Assembly: GCA_045541795.1 (NCBI GenBank)
Contig: JAZQJV010000018.1
Span: forward strand, 118,236 to 182,235
DNA: 64,000 bases
Direction: 5' to 3'
Origin: Patescibacteria group bacterium
Lineage (GTDB): Bacteria > Patescibacteriota > Microgenomatia > UBA1400 > PJMF01
Shown piece after piece: positions 45,726 to 55,734 of the stretch. Each line of letters opens with the position of its first letter. Position 1 is the stretch's first letter. The notes under the pieces are model-generated. The model ran no database searches and was not told the DNA's origin. It was given only the letters and a program-made list of their open reading frames with translations. Made by a program: the position numbers and the translations under genes.

Positions 45726-47348
45726 TTATTTTAGCCGCCACACTTGTAGTGTTGGCGCATCTGCCTGTGGTCGCTCATACTCCTGTACCAATGCGACGGG
45801 CTTGATGTCCTCATCCAAATCCAGCCGGTGCGAATTAGCGACCAGTAAGACCTCGTCATATTCATCCCAGTTTGGCTGGGGAGAAAGTTTATCAAAATTG
45901 TGTATCGGCGGCGCACCCAAACCTAGGACTTTGATGTTGTCACGCACACTACTTTTCCATAAATATATCTGCAAACCGTCGGGTAATGTCCCCACAAAAC
46001 CTTCAGTAAGAACCAACAGCTTCTTACTCGCCGCCAACTCTTGTAAATATTCGGCCGTTTGCTTGATCCCATGTCCGGAAGACCAGTCCCAAAATAATTG
46101 CTGTCTGTCGGCTGGCAGTAGCGGCAGTTTAAATGGATTGGTATGAATCCGCCAGCTCCAATAATGGCCAGTAACTAATACAATTAAAATTAACGCGAGT
46201 TTAAAATTTATCAATTCAATCCGACGAATCAGGGATAAGCACACCACAAAGCTGACGATAATAAACGGTACCACCGGTAGAAAATAACGCGGGTAGACGA
46301 CTTTACCCAGCATGATGATAGGCAAAGCATAGGCGAATCCTGAGATTAAAATCAAAAGCGGTAACGCTGTCCGTGAACGCCGGCGACAAACATAAATCAA
46401 AGCCATACACAAAGTAGTGACAGTCATCGTGAGTCCAGTATAATTTGTAATTACGCGGGCAAAGTTGAGCACATTGTAAGTTAAAATCGCAAACGGTTGA
46501 CGCAAAAAGTCACCCACGCTATATAAAAAGTCACCACCGCGACTAAATAGCATCGGGAATGCGGGGCTGATTTTTAAGACAGCAAAAATTATCACTCCGA
46601 TCGCACTAATGACAAAAAGTGGCATTAACTGCGAGGCAAGCGAGCGCCAAAAACTTTCTCGGTTTTGTTTGTTTTTTATCTTTGACCACTGCGCGTGGTA
46701 AAACGGCACAGTGGCTAAAACTGGCGCCAACAAAAGACAGGAAAACTTTGTCCACATCGCCAGTCCCCACGAGGTGCCAGCAGCCAGCGTCCACCAGTAC
46801 CAACTGTTTTTGTCCTTGTCTCGGCTCAAATATGCGCCAGTCGCTTGATAAGTAAGGATGAACGTGAGACTGATGAAAAAAGACACGGCGCTGTCCATCA
46901 GTGCCAAACGATTAGTCAGCATTAATCCAGGCGAGAAAATTACCAGCAACCCTGCTAAAAGTTGATAACGCCTTTTATGGACGAAAACTTTGACCATATA
47001 AATCGTCACGAGCAATTGACCCAGACCAAAAAGAATCGCCGCCACCCGTCCTGCCACCAGCGGATCGGCAAAAATTTTGATCAAAGGTATCGCCGTCCAA
47101 ATGACCAGCGGCGTTTTACCATCATTGAGAGCAAAAAAACTATACTGCTGCCAATCAGAAATAGCCAGCTGCGACCAATAAATATAAATTGCTTCATCCA
47201 CAAAAACAGGGATGGATTGCAGTTTGGCCAGCCGCTGCCAACAAAAGATTACAATGATTATTCCTAAAAGATAATAGTACCAATACCGAGCTAAATGAAT
47301 GCTAGCCTTGAGCGTTTTTTTCAATTTTGTATACCAATCCCACCACAT
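45726..47348 (-). CDS. GT-C-type membrane glycosyltransferase (ArnT/PMT family-39-like)
   Basis: VFVDEAIYIYWSQ, DGKTPLVIW and R..A.LFG... blocks typical of the family-39/83 N-terminus. Polytopic. Confidence 0.6.
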   Translation of the reverse strand: MWWDWYTKLKKTLKASIHLARYWYYYLLGIIIVIFCWQRLAKLQSIPVFVDEAIYIYWSQLAISDWQQYSFFALNDGKTPLVIWTAIPLIKIFADPLVAGRVAAILFGLGQLLVTIYMVKVFVHKRRYQLLAGLLVIFSPGLMLTNRLALMDSAVSFFISLTFILTYQATGAYLSRDKDKNSWYWWTLAAGTSWGLAMWTKFSCLLLAPVLATVPFYHAQWSKIKNKQNRESFWRSLASQLMPLFVISAIGVIIFAVLKISPAFPMLFSRGGDFLYSVGDFLRQPFAILTYNVLNFARVITNYTGLTMTVTTLCMALIYVCRRRSRTALPLLILISGFAYALPIIMLGKVVYPRYFLPVVPFIIVSFVVCLSLIRRIELINFKLALILIVLVTGHYWSWRIHTNPFKLPLLPADRQQLFWDWSSGHGIKQTAEYLQELAASKKLLVLTEGFVGTLPDGLQIYLWKSSVRDNIKVLGLGAPPIHNFDKLSPQPNWDEYDEVLLVANSHRLDLDEDIKPVALVQEYERPQADAPTLQVWRLK

Positions 47349-47419
47349 ATCACTTATTATACCCTAGATTTTGCAAAATTTCCCTGCGATTACACTTATA
47401 AGTGTGGTAAAATACAACC

Positions 47420-48238
47420 ATGTCAAAAAACGCCAAAAAATTACTTGTTATTGCAGTTTCGTTGTTTGTTTTGGCAGCTGTCTTTTACTGGACGAAAACC
47501 CAGCAGCCTGCTCCAGATCGCCTTTCACGACAAACTGCTATCACTCCGCAAACCCGCTATTTATCTACACTTGAAAGTCTCGATACATTTGTGGTCCGCC
47601 ACACAGCAATTTTTACCTCTCCCGACGAAACTTCTGACGGCACACCGTTTACCATTACCGAAACTGTCCGCCATGAATACTCACTCTCACCCAATCTGCG
47701 CGTCGAGACGAGCTTGCCCGCTTCTGTCAGTGCTAGTTTGAGCAGTAATCCTCAAGTGCAATCGCGCGTCGCCCAAATCTCCCAAGCTTACACTGACCAA
47801 GAGAATTTTCCACTTTATATCGTCACTGATCATCAAGCACAAACCATCACTTACTACGAAAACTTTGGCGGTGACTGGACGTATTCCACTAAACCCCTTT
47901 ATCAAGTGGACCGTCAGCATTTTTACGGCGGACTGTGGGAGACCAACCAGACGCCAAAGTTAATCAGTGATGGCGTCTTACAGGCTCGCGATAGTGCCGA
48001 CACTGGTACTTACAACTTTTATTTCAATGATCAAGATCAGCTCACAATGGTGGAATTCATTGAAGACGGCGACATGATGAGTGAAGAGTATCAGATTTTA
48101 GACGAACTTCCTATAGTCACGATCCCAGCCACAGTAATGGAAAGCGCTGTAGAATTCCAGCCGGAAATAATTTTTGAGGACACTAGTGAGTATTTGCCTA
48201 CAGTCGGTGAGAGTGTCTATGTTCCTGACATGGAGTAG
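47420..48238 (+). CDS. hypothetical secreted or membrane-anchored protein
   Basis: N-terminal hydrophobic anchor (LLVIAVSLFVLAAVFYW). No known motif. Confidence 0.4.
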   Translation: MSKNAKKLLVIAVSLFVLAAVFYWTKTQQPAPDRLSRQTAITPQTRYLSTLESLDTFVVRHTAIFTSPDETSDGTPFTITETVRHEYSLSPNLRVETSLPASVSASLSSNPQVQSRVAQISQAYTDQENFPLYIVTDHQAQTITYYENFGGDWTYSTKPLYQVDRQHFYGGLWETNQTPKLISDGVLQARDSADTGTYNFYFNDQDQLTMVEFIEDGDMMSEEYQILDELPIVTIPATVMESAVEFQPEIIFEDTSEYLPTVGESVYVPDME

Positions 48239-48253
48239 GGCAGACGCTATCGT

Positions 48254-50128
48254 TTATATCCACCGTTGCAGGTGTCCCACTATTGCGCTGGCGAGCTCGC
48301 TATCGAGTAATCCTCTCCGGGCAAAATCCAGACAGTATTCTCGCACTAAGTGATACTGCGATAGCTTGTAATAGCGATCCAGAAGTAAGCGTGCAAACTG
48401 CCAGCTCCAGCGTCTATCACGCATGAGTAATGTCCACTCATCTTCTTCATTCCAAGTCAAAAGTTGACTCTCACCGCTCGCTTCCCGATTATAACTAAAT
48501 GTCATGTTGACTCCTTCATTAATCCGCAGCGTCTCTTCATGATAAGTGGCTACCTCACCATGAGTATTGTAAGCAAAAAGACTAAAAGTCGCTCCCGGAT
48601 CGCCGCTCGAGAGTGCGAGTCGATATTTTTCATCCCTGGGCTTAGGTAGTAGATACTGATACCCCACCTGCTTGCCGGTGTCTTGATCATAAAAAGGTGC
48701 TTTGATACCACCAACTTCCACGCCGTTTGTATTATAGACACCGATTTCACTCTCGCCGATTACATTTACGATTAAGTAACTTTGGTCAGTAAATGATGGC
48801 ACAAAACGCCTTCGGGAAATAATTTTGCCAGCATATGTCTTTAAGCTTCGCTTGCCATAATAAGGATCATTGATTTGCGCCTCCAAATTATTTATCGCGA
48901 CACCGCTGCCTACTACAAAGTGCCCCGTTACTTCCTGGATGAATGGCTCATATTTGAGCAGTCCTATAGGCGCGCTTGCATAGAGAAAGTCACTTTTTTC
49001 AAAACGGTATTCAAATTTGGGGAAAGACATGTCCCAAGCTTGATAATAGTCATGTAGCCAATTTGACAGTCTCATGATTGCTGCCATATTGAGATAAGTT
49101 TTATTGACGTAACCATCTTTTTGCCCCTTAAGCCATTCATTTAAGTGTGGCACATCTAGTTGCTGACTATTAGGAAATTGCAAGTAACCGTACGAGTTGA
49201 GCAGCATTACGACACTGGTAAGTAAGCACCCATGACTGCCGATGGTGAGCGTATCTGAGTGACCCAACTTAATGTCGCGCCAGCGTTCATCTGTTTGGAA
49301 TAATTGAGGCACGTTTAAATTGAGCTGGTAATTATCTGGAGTGTAGGCTACCCAGTGTAAATTAAAGCTTGATGTATCGGGATGCGTCAGCATACTGCTG
49401 TCAATCAAAAAACTTGGGTGCGCAAGTGTTGGCTCTAAGTGCACCGTCTTTGACTCAATCACCTGACCGTGAGCGTAATACTCGCGGTGCGCCTCATCCG
49501 TAGGGTACATTTTAATCAGTCTGTTATCTGCAAACTCCTGGATCGTGACGATGAAATGTTCTCCTTCAGGCACGGCATACACAGTTAAGCGTTCATGACT
49601 GCTGACGGTTTCGAGTCCTTCGGCATCACGATTACCAGTCAGACAATAAAAAGCGGTATCCCGCCTGTCTTCGCCCAAATCTAGCCGACAACGCAAAAAA
49701 TCTACACTCCCGTCCTCATGAGTGCGCCAGTCGACCTCCCAGCGGTCGCCAAGCTGATAATCCGTCACAGAAAACTCAAACGTGAGCGCATACTCCACTG
49801 GCAAACCGATCGACTGACCATCGTAACCATGTATCTGCGATCGCGCCAAATCATTTTCACCAGGCCTTAGATGCAGTGTCCCGGTAGCCAAGGGATTGCG
49901 AGTTTTATCGGGCGGCTCTACCCAGACATCTCCAGTCTTACTCCAGTTAGTGTCACTTGCAAAAAAATCCAGCAAAAAAGCTCGTGGTGATTCCTGCGCT
50001 CCTGCGGACTGACTCGTGATCAGCAGCCAGACAAGTGCCGCCCACATTACTACTATATTTTGTATCATTTGTTTTAATTTGTTTTGCATATTGGCAAATA
50101 TACACACAATTCTTTCAAATTCTTTCAT
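48254..50128 (-). CDS. secreted protein with C39-like papain-fold cysteine peptidase domain
   Basis: Probable start at MIQNIVVMWAALVWLLITSQSAGAQE (signal peptide). TIGSHGCLLTSVVMLLNSYGY fits the Peptidase_C39_2 catalytic-Cys motif (n.CGpaSlamvL.yyG). Confidence 0.45.
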   Translation of the reverse strand: MKEFERIVCIFANMQNKLKQMIQNIVVMWAALVWLLITSQSAGAQESPRAFLLDFFASDTNWSKTGDVWVEPPDKTRNPLATGTLHLRPGENDLARSQIHGYDGQSIGLPVEYALTFEFSVTDYQLGDRWEVDWRTHEDGSVDFLRCRLDLGEDRRDTAFYCLTGNRDAEGLETVSSHERLTVYAVPEGEHFIVTIQEFADNRLIKMYPTDEAHREYYAHGQVIESKTVHLEPTLAHPSFLIDSSMLTHPDTSSFNLHWVAYTPDNYQLNLNVPQLFQTDERWRDIKLGHSDTLTIGSHGCLLTSVVMLLNSYGYLQFPNSQQLDVPHLNEWLKGQKDGYVNKTYLNMAAIMRLSNWLHDYYQAWDMSFPKFEYRFEKSDFLYASAPIGLLKYEPFIQEVTGHFVVGSGVAINNLEAQINDPYYGKRSLKTYAGKIISRRRFVPSFTDQSYLIVNVIGESEIGVYNTNGVEVGGIKAPFYDQDTGKQVGYQYLLPKPRDEKYRLALSSGDPGATFSLFAYNTHGEVATYHEETLRINEGVNMTFSYNREASGESQLLTWNEEDEWTLLMRDRRWSWQFARLLLDRYYKLSQYHLVREYCLDFARRGLLDSELASAIVGHLQRWI

Positions 50129-50280
50129 CTTTTTACCGCAAAATATGCGGTAATAACCAATTTACCTGCGTTCACCAGCAATATTCATCAGTCAAAATCT
50201 ATCATAATTTGCTACCACCACCTGCAAAAAATACCAATATAACAGCACATTTTTCTCTTATAATGACTAAAAGTGACGGC

Positions 50281-50314
50281 GGGAAAAATTTCGACCTTAG
50301 TCGAAATTTTTCCC
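50281..50314. promoter_or_regulatory. perfect 15-bp inverted repeat (GGGAAAAATTTCGAC ctta GTCGAAATTTTTCCC), candidate operator
   Basis: Read directly from the sequence. It lies about 40 nt upstream of the tgTGcTATAAT -10 of the DUF360 gene and about 155 nt upstream of the divergent peptidase gene. No U-tract follows, so it is not a terminator. Confidence 0.5.
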
Positions 50315-50370
50315 CAAACCCCTCACTAAATTGCCCCGCCAACTTCAAGAATTTGTGCTATAATAACCTC

Positions 50371-50781
50371 ATGATTACAAAATTCATTCGCAATTATATA
50401 ATTATTGTCCTGGCTTTATTTGTCACTGACTGGCTGATGAATAACATCTCTTTCGGCTATCCCACCGGCAAAAATTTTTCATTTGCTGTTTTTTGGGACG
50501 GCTTGCCCGTGCTTTTGGTCACCGCACTCGTGCTCACATTACTTTCATTGATCGCCAAGCCTATTCTCAAAATTCTTTCTGCGCCCATTAATTTTGTCAC
50601 TCTCGGCCTATTTAATGTCGTTATTGATGTCCTGATTTTTTGGCTGACGGCATATTTGGTGTCTGGCTTTAGCATTGGTGAGCTCTCACTCGGGCAGATT
50701 CACCTCGGCGCCTTCTTTTCGTATGCCGCAGTTTCTCTCGTTTTTGGCTTTTTACAGGGGCTTTTGGCTTTGATTTTGTGA
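50371..50781 (+). CDS. DUF360/phage_holin_4_2-family four-TM membrane protein
   Basis: The MITKFIRNYIIIVLALFVTDWL...INFVTLGLFNVVIDVLIFWL... topology and motifs match the family. The long upstream in-frame extension is rejected because the promoter lies inside it. The ATG may be at 50370 or 50371; the ORF-track frame gives 50371. Confidence 0.5.
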   Translation: MITKFIRNYIIIVLALFVTDWLMNNISFGYPTGKNFSFAVFWDGLPVLLVTALVLTLLSLIAKPILKILSAPINFVTLGLFNVVIDVLIFWLTAYLVSGFSIGELSLGQIHLGAFFSYAAVSLVFGFLQGLLALIL

Positions 50782-50846
50782 CATTGCCCATTTTGTACCT
50801 TTAAGATAGGGTTGATTTTTGTGGCGGCTTAGATTACAATGAAACT

Positions 50847-52145
50847 ATGGCAATACTTACAGCACAAAATAATAGCGTTACAATTAGTAGCTTGATTGCA
50901 AGGGAAATTCTTGACTCGCGTGGCATTCCCACCATCGAATGCTCCCTTACCCTCTCGAACGGAGTGATGGTCGTCACCAGCGTCTCTACTGCCAATCTGA
51001 CCGGCAATGTGGGCTATCATGAACTTCGTGATCATGATCCCAATCGCATGCTCGGCATGGGCGTCACCAAAGCTGTAGACATCATCAATACTCAAATTGC
51101 CGGACGGCTAATCGGCAAAAATCCTATTGACCAAGAAAGCATTGATGCTCTGCTCATTAGTCTTGATTCCTCCAAAAGTCTCGAAAACATCGGCGCTAAT
51201 ACAACTATGGTCGTTTCTCAAGCAGTGCTCAAAGCTGCGGCTTTATCCTACGGCTGGCCGCCATACTATTATATTTTCAAACGTTACGCTCTTTCGAGCG
51301 TGCTGGCTGTGCCTACCTGTATTTACGGCCTGATTGATGGCGGAAAACACGGCACTGATAATCTTGATTTCCAAGAATTTCAAGTCATCCCCGCCAATCA
51401 TCTCAATTTCCAGCGTTCACTGGAAATTGCTGTTTCTCTTTTTAAAGCACTAGGCGATCTGCTCAAATCCAAAGGTGCCATCCGCTCAGTCGGGCCAAAT
51501 GGCGGTTATACGCCAAATTTGTACAAAAACACTGATGCCTTCGATTTGATGTCTGAAGCCGCCCGTCAAATCAGTCTCATTATCGGCCGTGATATTTTCT
51601 TTGGTGCGGATTTCAACGCCGATAGCTTTTATTCTGCTGGCCGCTACAAGATCAAAGACAAAACCGAAGCCTTTAGCGCGAAACAATGGATGGATTATCT
51701 CAAAGATCTCAATAAACTTTACGCTCTGTACTCATTCGAGGATCCATTTGCCAGTGCAGATTTGGGCTCTTGGCGTGAATTTACCAATGAATTTGACAAA
51801 GCCGCACGCATTGTCTCGGATTCCATGACTCGCACTGATGCCAAGCTGACTGCGGGCGCCATCAAAGAGCGTATCGGCAACACTCTTATCGTCAAGACGG
51901 GTCAAGTGCCCACGATCACTGATCTGATCGAGGCCGTCAAAACCGCTCGTCAGGCCAACTGGCAGATCGTCGTCTCTAATCGCGAAGGTGAAACTATGGA
52001 TGACTTTATCGCTGATTTGGGCGTAGGTTTGGGTGCAGAATTTGTCAAATTTGGCCCGCCTAATCGTGGTGAGCGCATTATCAAGTACAACCGCTTGCTC
52101 CAGATCAATAACGAATTGCAGATGATCAATCAGGCAAGTAAATAG
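50847..52145 (+). CDS. eno: enolase
   Basis: N-terminal IAREILDSRGIPTIEC. Overall enolase length and blocks (SHRSGETED-like region is divergent but recognizable). Confidence 0.8.
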   Translation: MAILTAQNNSVTISSLIAREILDSRGIPTIECSLTLSNGVMVVTSVSTANLTGNVGYHELRDHDPNRMLGMGVTKAVDIINTQIAGRLIGKNPIDQESIDALLISLDSSKSLENIGANTTMVVSQAVLKAAALSYGWPPYYYIFKRYALSSVLAVPTCIYGLIDGGKHGTDNLDFQEFQVIPANHLNFQRSLEIAVSLFKALGDLLKSKGAIRSVGPNGGYTPNLYKNTDAFDLMSEAARQISLIIGRDIFFGADFNADSFYSAGRYKIKDKTEAFSAKQWMDYLKDLNKLYALYSFEDPFASADLGSWREFTNEFDKAARIVSDSMTRTDAKLTAGAIKERIGNTLIVKTGQVPTITDLIEAVKTARQANWQIVVSNREGETMDDFIADLGVGLGAEFVKFGPPNRGERIIKYNRLLQINNELQMINQASK

Positions 52146-52147
52146 TT

Positions 52148-53842
52148 ATGCTCAAAGTTAACAAACACATCATCCAGCCAATGCTCTCCGGTAAAGATTT
52201 TACTGATGAGTTTCCGCGTAAACCGTACGGTCGCCCGCCCACTGTCCTCCTGATTCTTGATGGCTGGGGGATTGGCCCCAATAATGCCGGTAATGCAATT
52301 TCTTTGGGCAAAACACCCAACATGGATCTTTTTTGGTTATCATTTCCGCATACCCAACTAGCAGCTTCTGGTGAGGCCGTCGGCTTGCCTAAAGGTGAAG
52401 ACGGTAATAGTGAGACTGGGCACGTCAATATCGGTGCTGGCAATATCGTGTATCAGGATTTACCGCGGGTTAATATGTCGATTAATGATGGCAGTTTCCA
52501 GCGTAATACCGCTTTCCTAGGCGCTTTTGAGCACGTCAAAAAAAATAATTCTGCTCTCCACATTATGGGATTAGCCGGCAGCGGCGGAGTGCATGCCAAC
52601 CTCCAACACATGCTTACCTTAATCGAAATGGCGGCCGCTCACAATGTCCCACACGTGTACTTACATCTTTTTACTGACGGCCGTGATTCACCGCCCTATC
52701 AATCACCAGATATTATCCAGACTGTGCTCAATAAATGCCAGCAGGTAGGTAAAGGTGAAATTGTCTCGGTGATGGGTCGTTTTTACGCTATGGATCGTGA
52801 TTTACGCTGGGATCGGGTAGAAGCTGCATATGACTGCCTTACCTCTGGCATCGGCGAAAAGGCCAACGATCCTTTTGCCGCTATCAATCTCGAACATCAA
52901 AAAGGCAATACTGATGAGTTCGTCACTCCTACCAATATTCTTGACAGCGAGGGTAAGCTCATTACCATCACTGACAACGACGCCGTCATTTTCACCAATT
53001 ACCGTATTGACCGGCCGCGCGAACTCACACGTGCTTTTGTGTTGCAAGAATTTGGTGAGCAGACAGTGAGTTTTGATCCTTATGCTGAAAAGTACGAAAA
53101 AACCAATCTTCACCAAAACCAGGTCTCCGTCGCCTTCCCTCGCAAACGCTATCTGCAAAATCTGTATTTCGTCACGATGACGCGTTATGAGGATAACTTG
53201 CCAGTGGTAGAAGCATTTCCGCCTCAGCCCGTCAAAATGCCTATTGGTCGCATTTTTGCAGAAAACGGTCTCAAGCAATTACGCGTGAGTGAGACGGAAA
53301 AAGAACGTTTTGTCACTTACTACATGAATGGCCAGAAAGAATTCATTTACCCGGGTGAAGATCGCGTAATCCTGCCCTCCAAAGGTGAGCGATCTTATGA
53401 TCTCGTGCCAGAAATGAGCGCTTTTGAAATCACTGATGAAGTTTGCAGTCGTGTCACTCAGTCAGATTACGATGTGATCGTCATTAATATTGCTAATGGC
53501 GACATGGTCGGGCATACCGGCAATCTTCAAGCCGGCATTAAGGCCTGTGAATACGTGGATGAGTGCGTCGGGCGCATTGCCAAAGCAGTTTACCAAAAAG
53601 GCGGCAATCTCATCATCACTGCCGATCACGGCAACGTGGAAGAAATGATTGACATGAACACTGGCAACATGGATACCGAGCACTCCACTTTCCCAGTGCC
53701 TTTCATCGTGATCTCGCCGCAATTTTTTAATCAATCTCGCACCCTGCCCTCCGGCGTATTGGCCGATATTGCTCCCACTATGCTAGCGCTTATGGGCATT
53801 CCTCAACCCGTCTCTATGACCGGTCGCAATCTGCTGCAATAA
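52148..53842 (+). CDS. gpmI: 2,3-bisphosphoglycerate-independent phosphoglycerate mutase
   Basis: ITADHGN and GDMVGHTG metal-binding motifs. LLILDGWG N-terminal motif. About 50-aa N-terminal extension. Confidence 0.8.
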   Translation: MLKVNKHIIQPMLSGKDFTDEFPRKPYGRPPTVLLILDGWGIGPNNAGNAISLGKTPNMDLFWLSFPHTQLAASGEAVGLPKGEDGNSETGHVNIGAGNIVYQDLPRVNMSINDGSFQRNTAFLGAFEHVKKNNSALHIMGLAGSGGVHANLQHMLTLIEMAAAHNVPHVYLHLFTDGRDSPPYQSPDIIQTVLNKCQQVGKGEIVSVMGRFYAMDRDLRWDRVEAAYDCLTSGIGEKANDPFAAINLEHQKGNTDEFVTPTNILDSEGKLITITDNDAVIFTNYRIDRPRELTRAFVLQEFGEQTVSFDPYAEKYEKTNLHQNQVSVAFPRKRYLQNLYFVTMTRYEDNLPVVEAFPPQPVKMPIGRIFAENGLKQLRVSETEKERFVTYYMNGQKEFIYPGEDRVILPSKGERSYDLVPEMSAFEITDEVCSRVTQSDYDVIVINIANGDMVGHTGNLQAGIKACEYVDECVGRIAKAVYQKGGNLIITADHGNVEEMIDMNTGNMDTEHSTFPVPFIVISPQFFNQSRTLPSGVLADIAPTMLALMGIPQPVSMTGRNLLQ

Positions 53843-53916
53843 GTCCAGTGACTACAGCTGAGAAGGTTTCCGGTCACAAGCCACTGCTTACGACTGCATG
53901 ATCGTAATATCAGTGC

Positions 53917-55734
53917 TTATATTTTTTTGAGTAAAGCCACGCCTTCTATATTATCCAGCCGAAATTCCCCAGTGTCATTGTCACGCTCGCCGTGCCAGTG
54001 ACTGAGCAAAACGTGCGCCTCCCAGCCGTCGAGATTTACTTTCCAGCTGGCGCCCGCACCATCTTGGAAATGTTCCAGGCCGTGCGGCTTGAGCTTTGTA
54101 AGCACCGCGCCAAAGTTTTCGCTGTCGCCGCAACCGTAAACGTACTGACTACTTTCAGCATTTGTAAGCTCACACTGCGTATTCAACTCGGCCACCAGCG
54201 GCGTCACGTCCAAAGTTAACTGCGCACTCGGACTGGCCAAAAGTAATACACCCACCTTGTCGTCTAGCGGAGTTTCACTTTCACTCCAGCGCCACGTCCA
54301 CGTCTCACCATTCCAATTTACACTTTGCATTTCATTATTGACACTCACGAGCAGATCATAATCACTCACATCTGGGTAAAACCGCAACAGCGATGTCAAA
54401 TTGCCGTAAAAGTGGACCACTTGCGCCGCCGGCTTATCATTATCTTCGCGCGTCGGGCCAGTATAATAATGCCGGTGCGGATAAAGCTCGGCCAACCACG
54501 CGTCCGCATGCAGACTTTTTTGCGACCATGCTACCACGACGGGACTAAGTAAGCATATACTCAAGGCGATCAAAGCGGTGCTCAGTAAAATGCCTATAGT
54601 CTGGCGCCGCCACCACAAATACAAAGTTGTTAAGACCCAGATTACTCCTGCTACCACCAAAAACCGCGGCTGTGTCCAGCCAAAAGCACTTATCCGAGTC
54701 CCAATCCCCCAAATCACTAAAGCCATTAATGGCACTAAGCTTACAGCCAAAATTTTGGCAAAAGTATCAGCCAAGCTTTTGCTATTTTTGCGCATGCAAT
54801 CGGTCAATATCAGCCATAGACCAGCGCCAATAGCAAACCACAACGCTAGATGTGTCATCCCGTACTCCGGCCATTGCCGGATCAGAGCCTGCTTGATTAA
54901 GTATACATATAAAATCACGTCATACAAAGCCAAAAGCGGCCCGGCCAAATAAATCCCGCAAATCCGCCAAAATTTATTCACGCGCCAGGACTCTAAATCA
55001 AAATCTTTCTCCGGCCACACCAAAAGCAGTGCTAAGCTCGGCCAGATCAACTCGCATCCTGTCAGCCACATGAGTGTCCAGTCCCATACGTGCTTCACGT
55101 CAAATAATACTTCCAAAAGGCCCAAAGCCAAAAGCACACCGATAAAAACGATGCTGCCAAAAACATACGCCAACGCTGCCTGATGTATAAAATACAGCCC
55201 TAGTTTGCCTAGCAGGCGTGGCTTTTTTACAGCCAACAACAAGTGATACCAGGCAGCGCACGCGAGCATTATCAACATACATATCCCGCCTGTCACTACG
55301 ATTCCTTCCCACCAATCCATGAGGTCTGCCGGCGGGTTTAAATCGCGCAAGTATCTAAGCAGTCCACCGCTGGCACGCTCCAAGATTAGTCCGCCCGTTA
55401 GCGCTAGTGTCGTTACCAAGCACGCCGGTGGGATTCTTCCCAAAAACTTCGGCAAACGGCAATTATCCTGTTGCAAGTAAGTCCTCGCAGTCAAGGCCAA
55501 AAGCCAGCTCCAAGTTAAAAAGTTCAACCAGATTACCAATGTCTCCACGGCGGGTTCTACCCACTCTGGCTGCGGATAATTTAAGACCTCGGTCAAATAA
55601 ACAATCGCCAAAATCACACCACTCCAAGCCGCCCACAGCATCACGGTCTCTGGCATCCGCCGGAAAAGTCGCAGCCAAGCCTGCCGCACGCGAGCGGAAA
55701 AATCATGAATAAAACCAGCAACTCTATTTGTCAT
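53917..55734 (-). CDS. hypothetical polytopic membrane protein with C-terminal extracytoplasmic domain
   Basis: About 12 hydrophobic segments in the first 400 aa. C-terminal 200 aa hydrophilic. Co-directional with flippase and NTP-transferase genes. Confidence 0.4.
   Translation of the reverse strand: MTNRVAGFIHDFSARVRQAWLRLFRRMPETVMLWAAWSGVILAIVYLTEVLNYPQPEWVEPAVETLVIWLNFLTWSWLLALTARTYLQQDNCRLPKFLGRIPPACLVTTLALTGGLILERASGGLLRYLRDLNPPADLMDWWEGIVVTGGICMLIMLACAAWYHLLLAVKKPRLLGKLGLYFIHQAALAYVFGSIVFIGVLLALGLLEVLFDVKHVWDWTLMWLTGCELIWPSLALLLVWPEKDFDLESWRVNKFWRICGIYLAGPLLALYDVILYVYLIKQALIRQWPEYGMTHLALWFAIGAGLWLILTDCMRKNSKSLADTFAKILAVSLVPLMALVIWGIGTRISAFGWTQPRFLVVAGVIWVLTTLYLWWRRQTIGILLSTALIALSICLLSPVVVAWSQKSLHADAWLAELYPHRHYYTGPTREDNDKPAAQVVHFYGNLTSLLRFYPDVSDYDLLVSVNNEMQSVNWNGETWTWRWSESETPLDDKVGVLLLASPSAQLTLDVTPLVAELNTQCELTNAESSQYVYGCGDSENFGAVLTKLKPHGLEHFQDGAGASWKVNLDGWEAHVLLSHWHGERDNDTGEFRLDNIEGVALLKKI

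Noticed and set aside
50035-50370. Long N-terminal extension of the DUF360 gene in the ORF track (248 aa).
   Set aside because: The -10 element (tgTGcTATAAT) and the 15-bp palindrome lie inside the extension, and the extension is hydrophilic junk. The true start is at MITKF.
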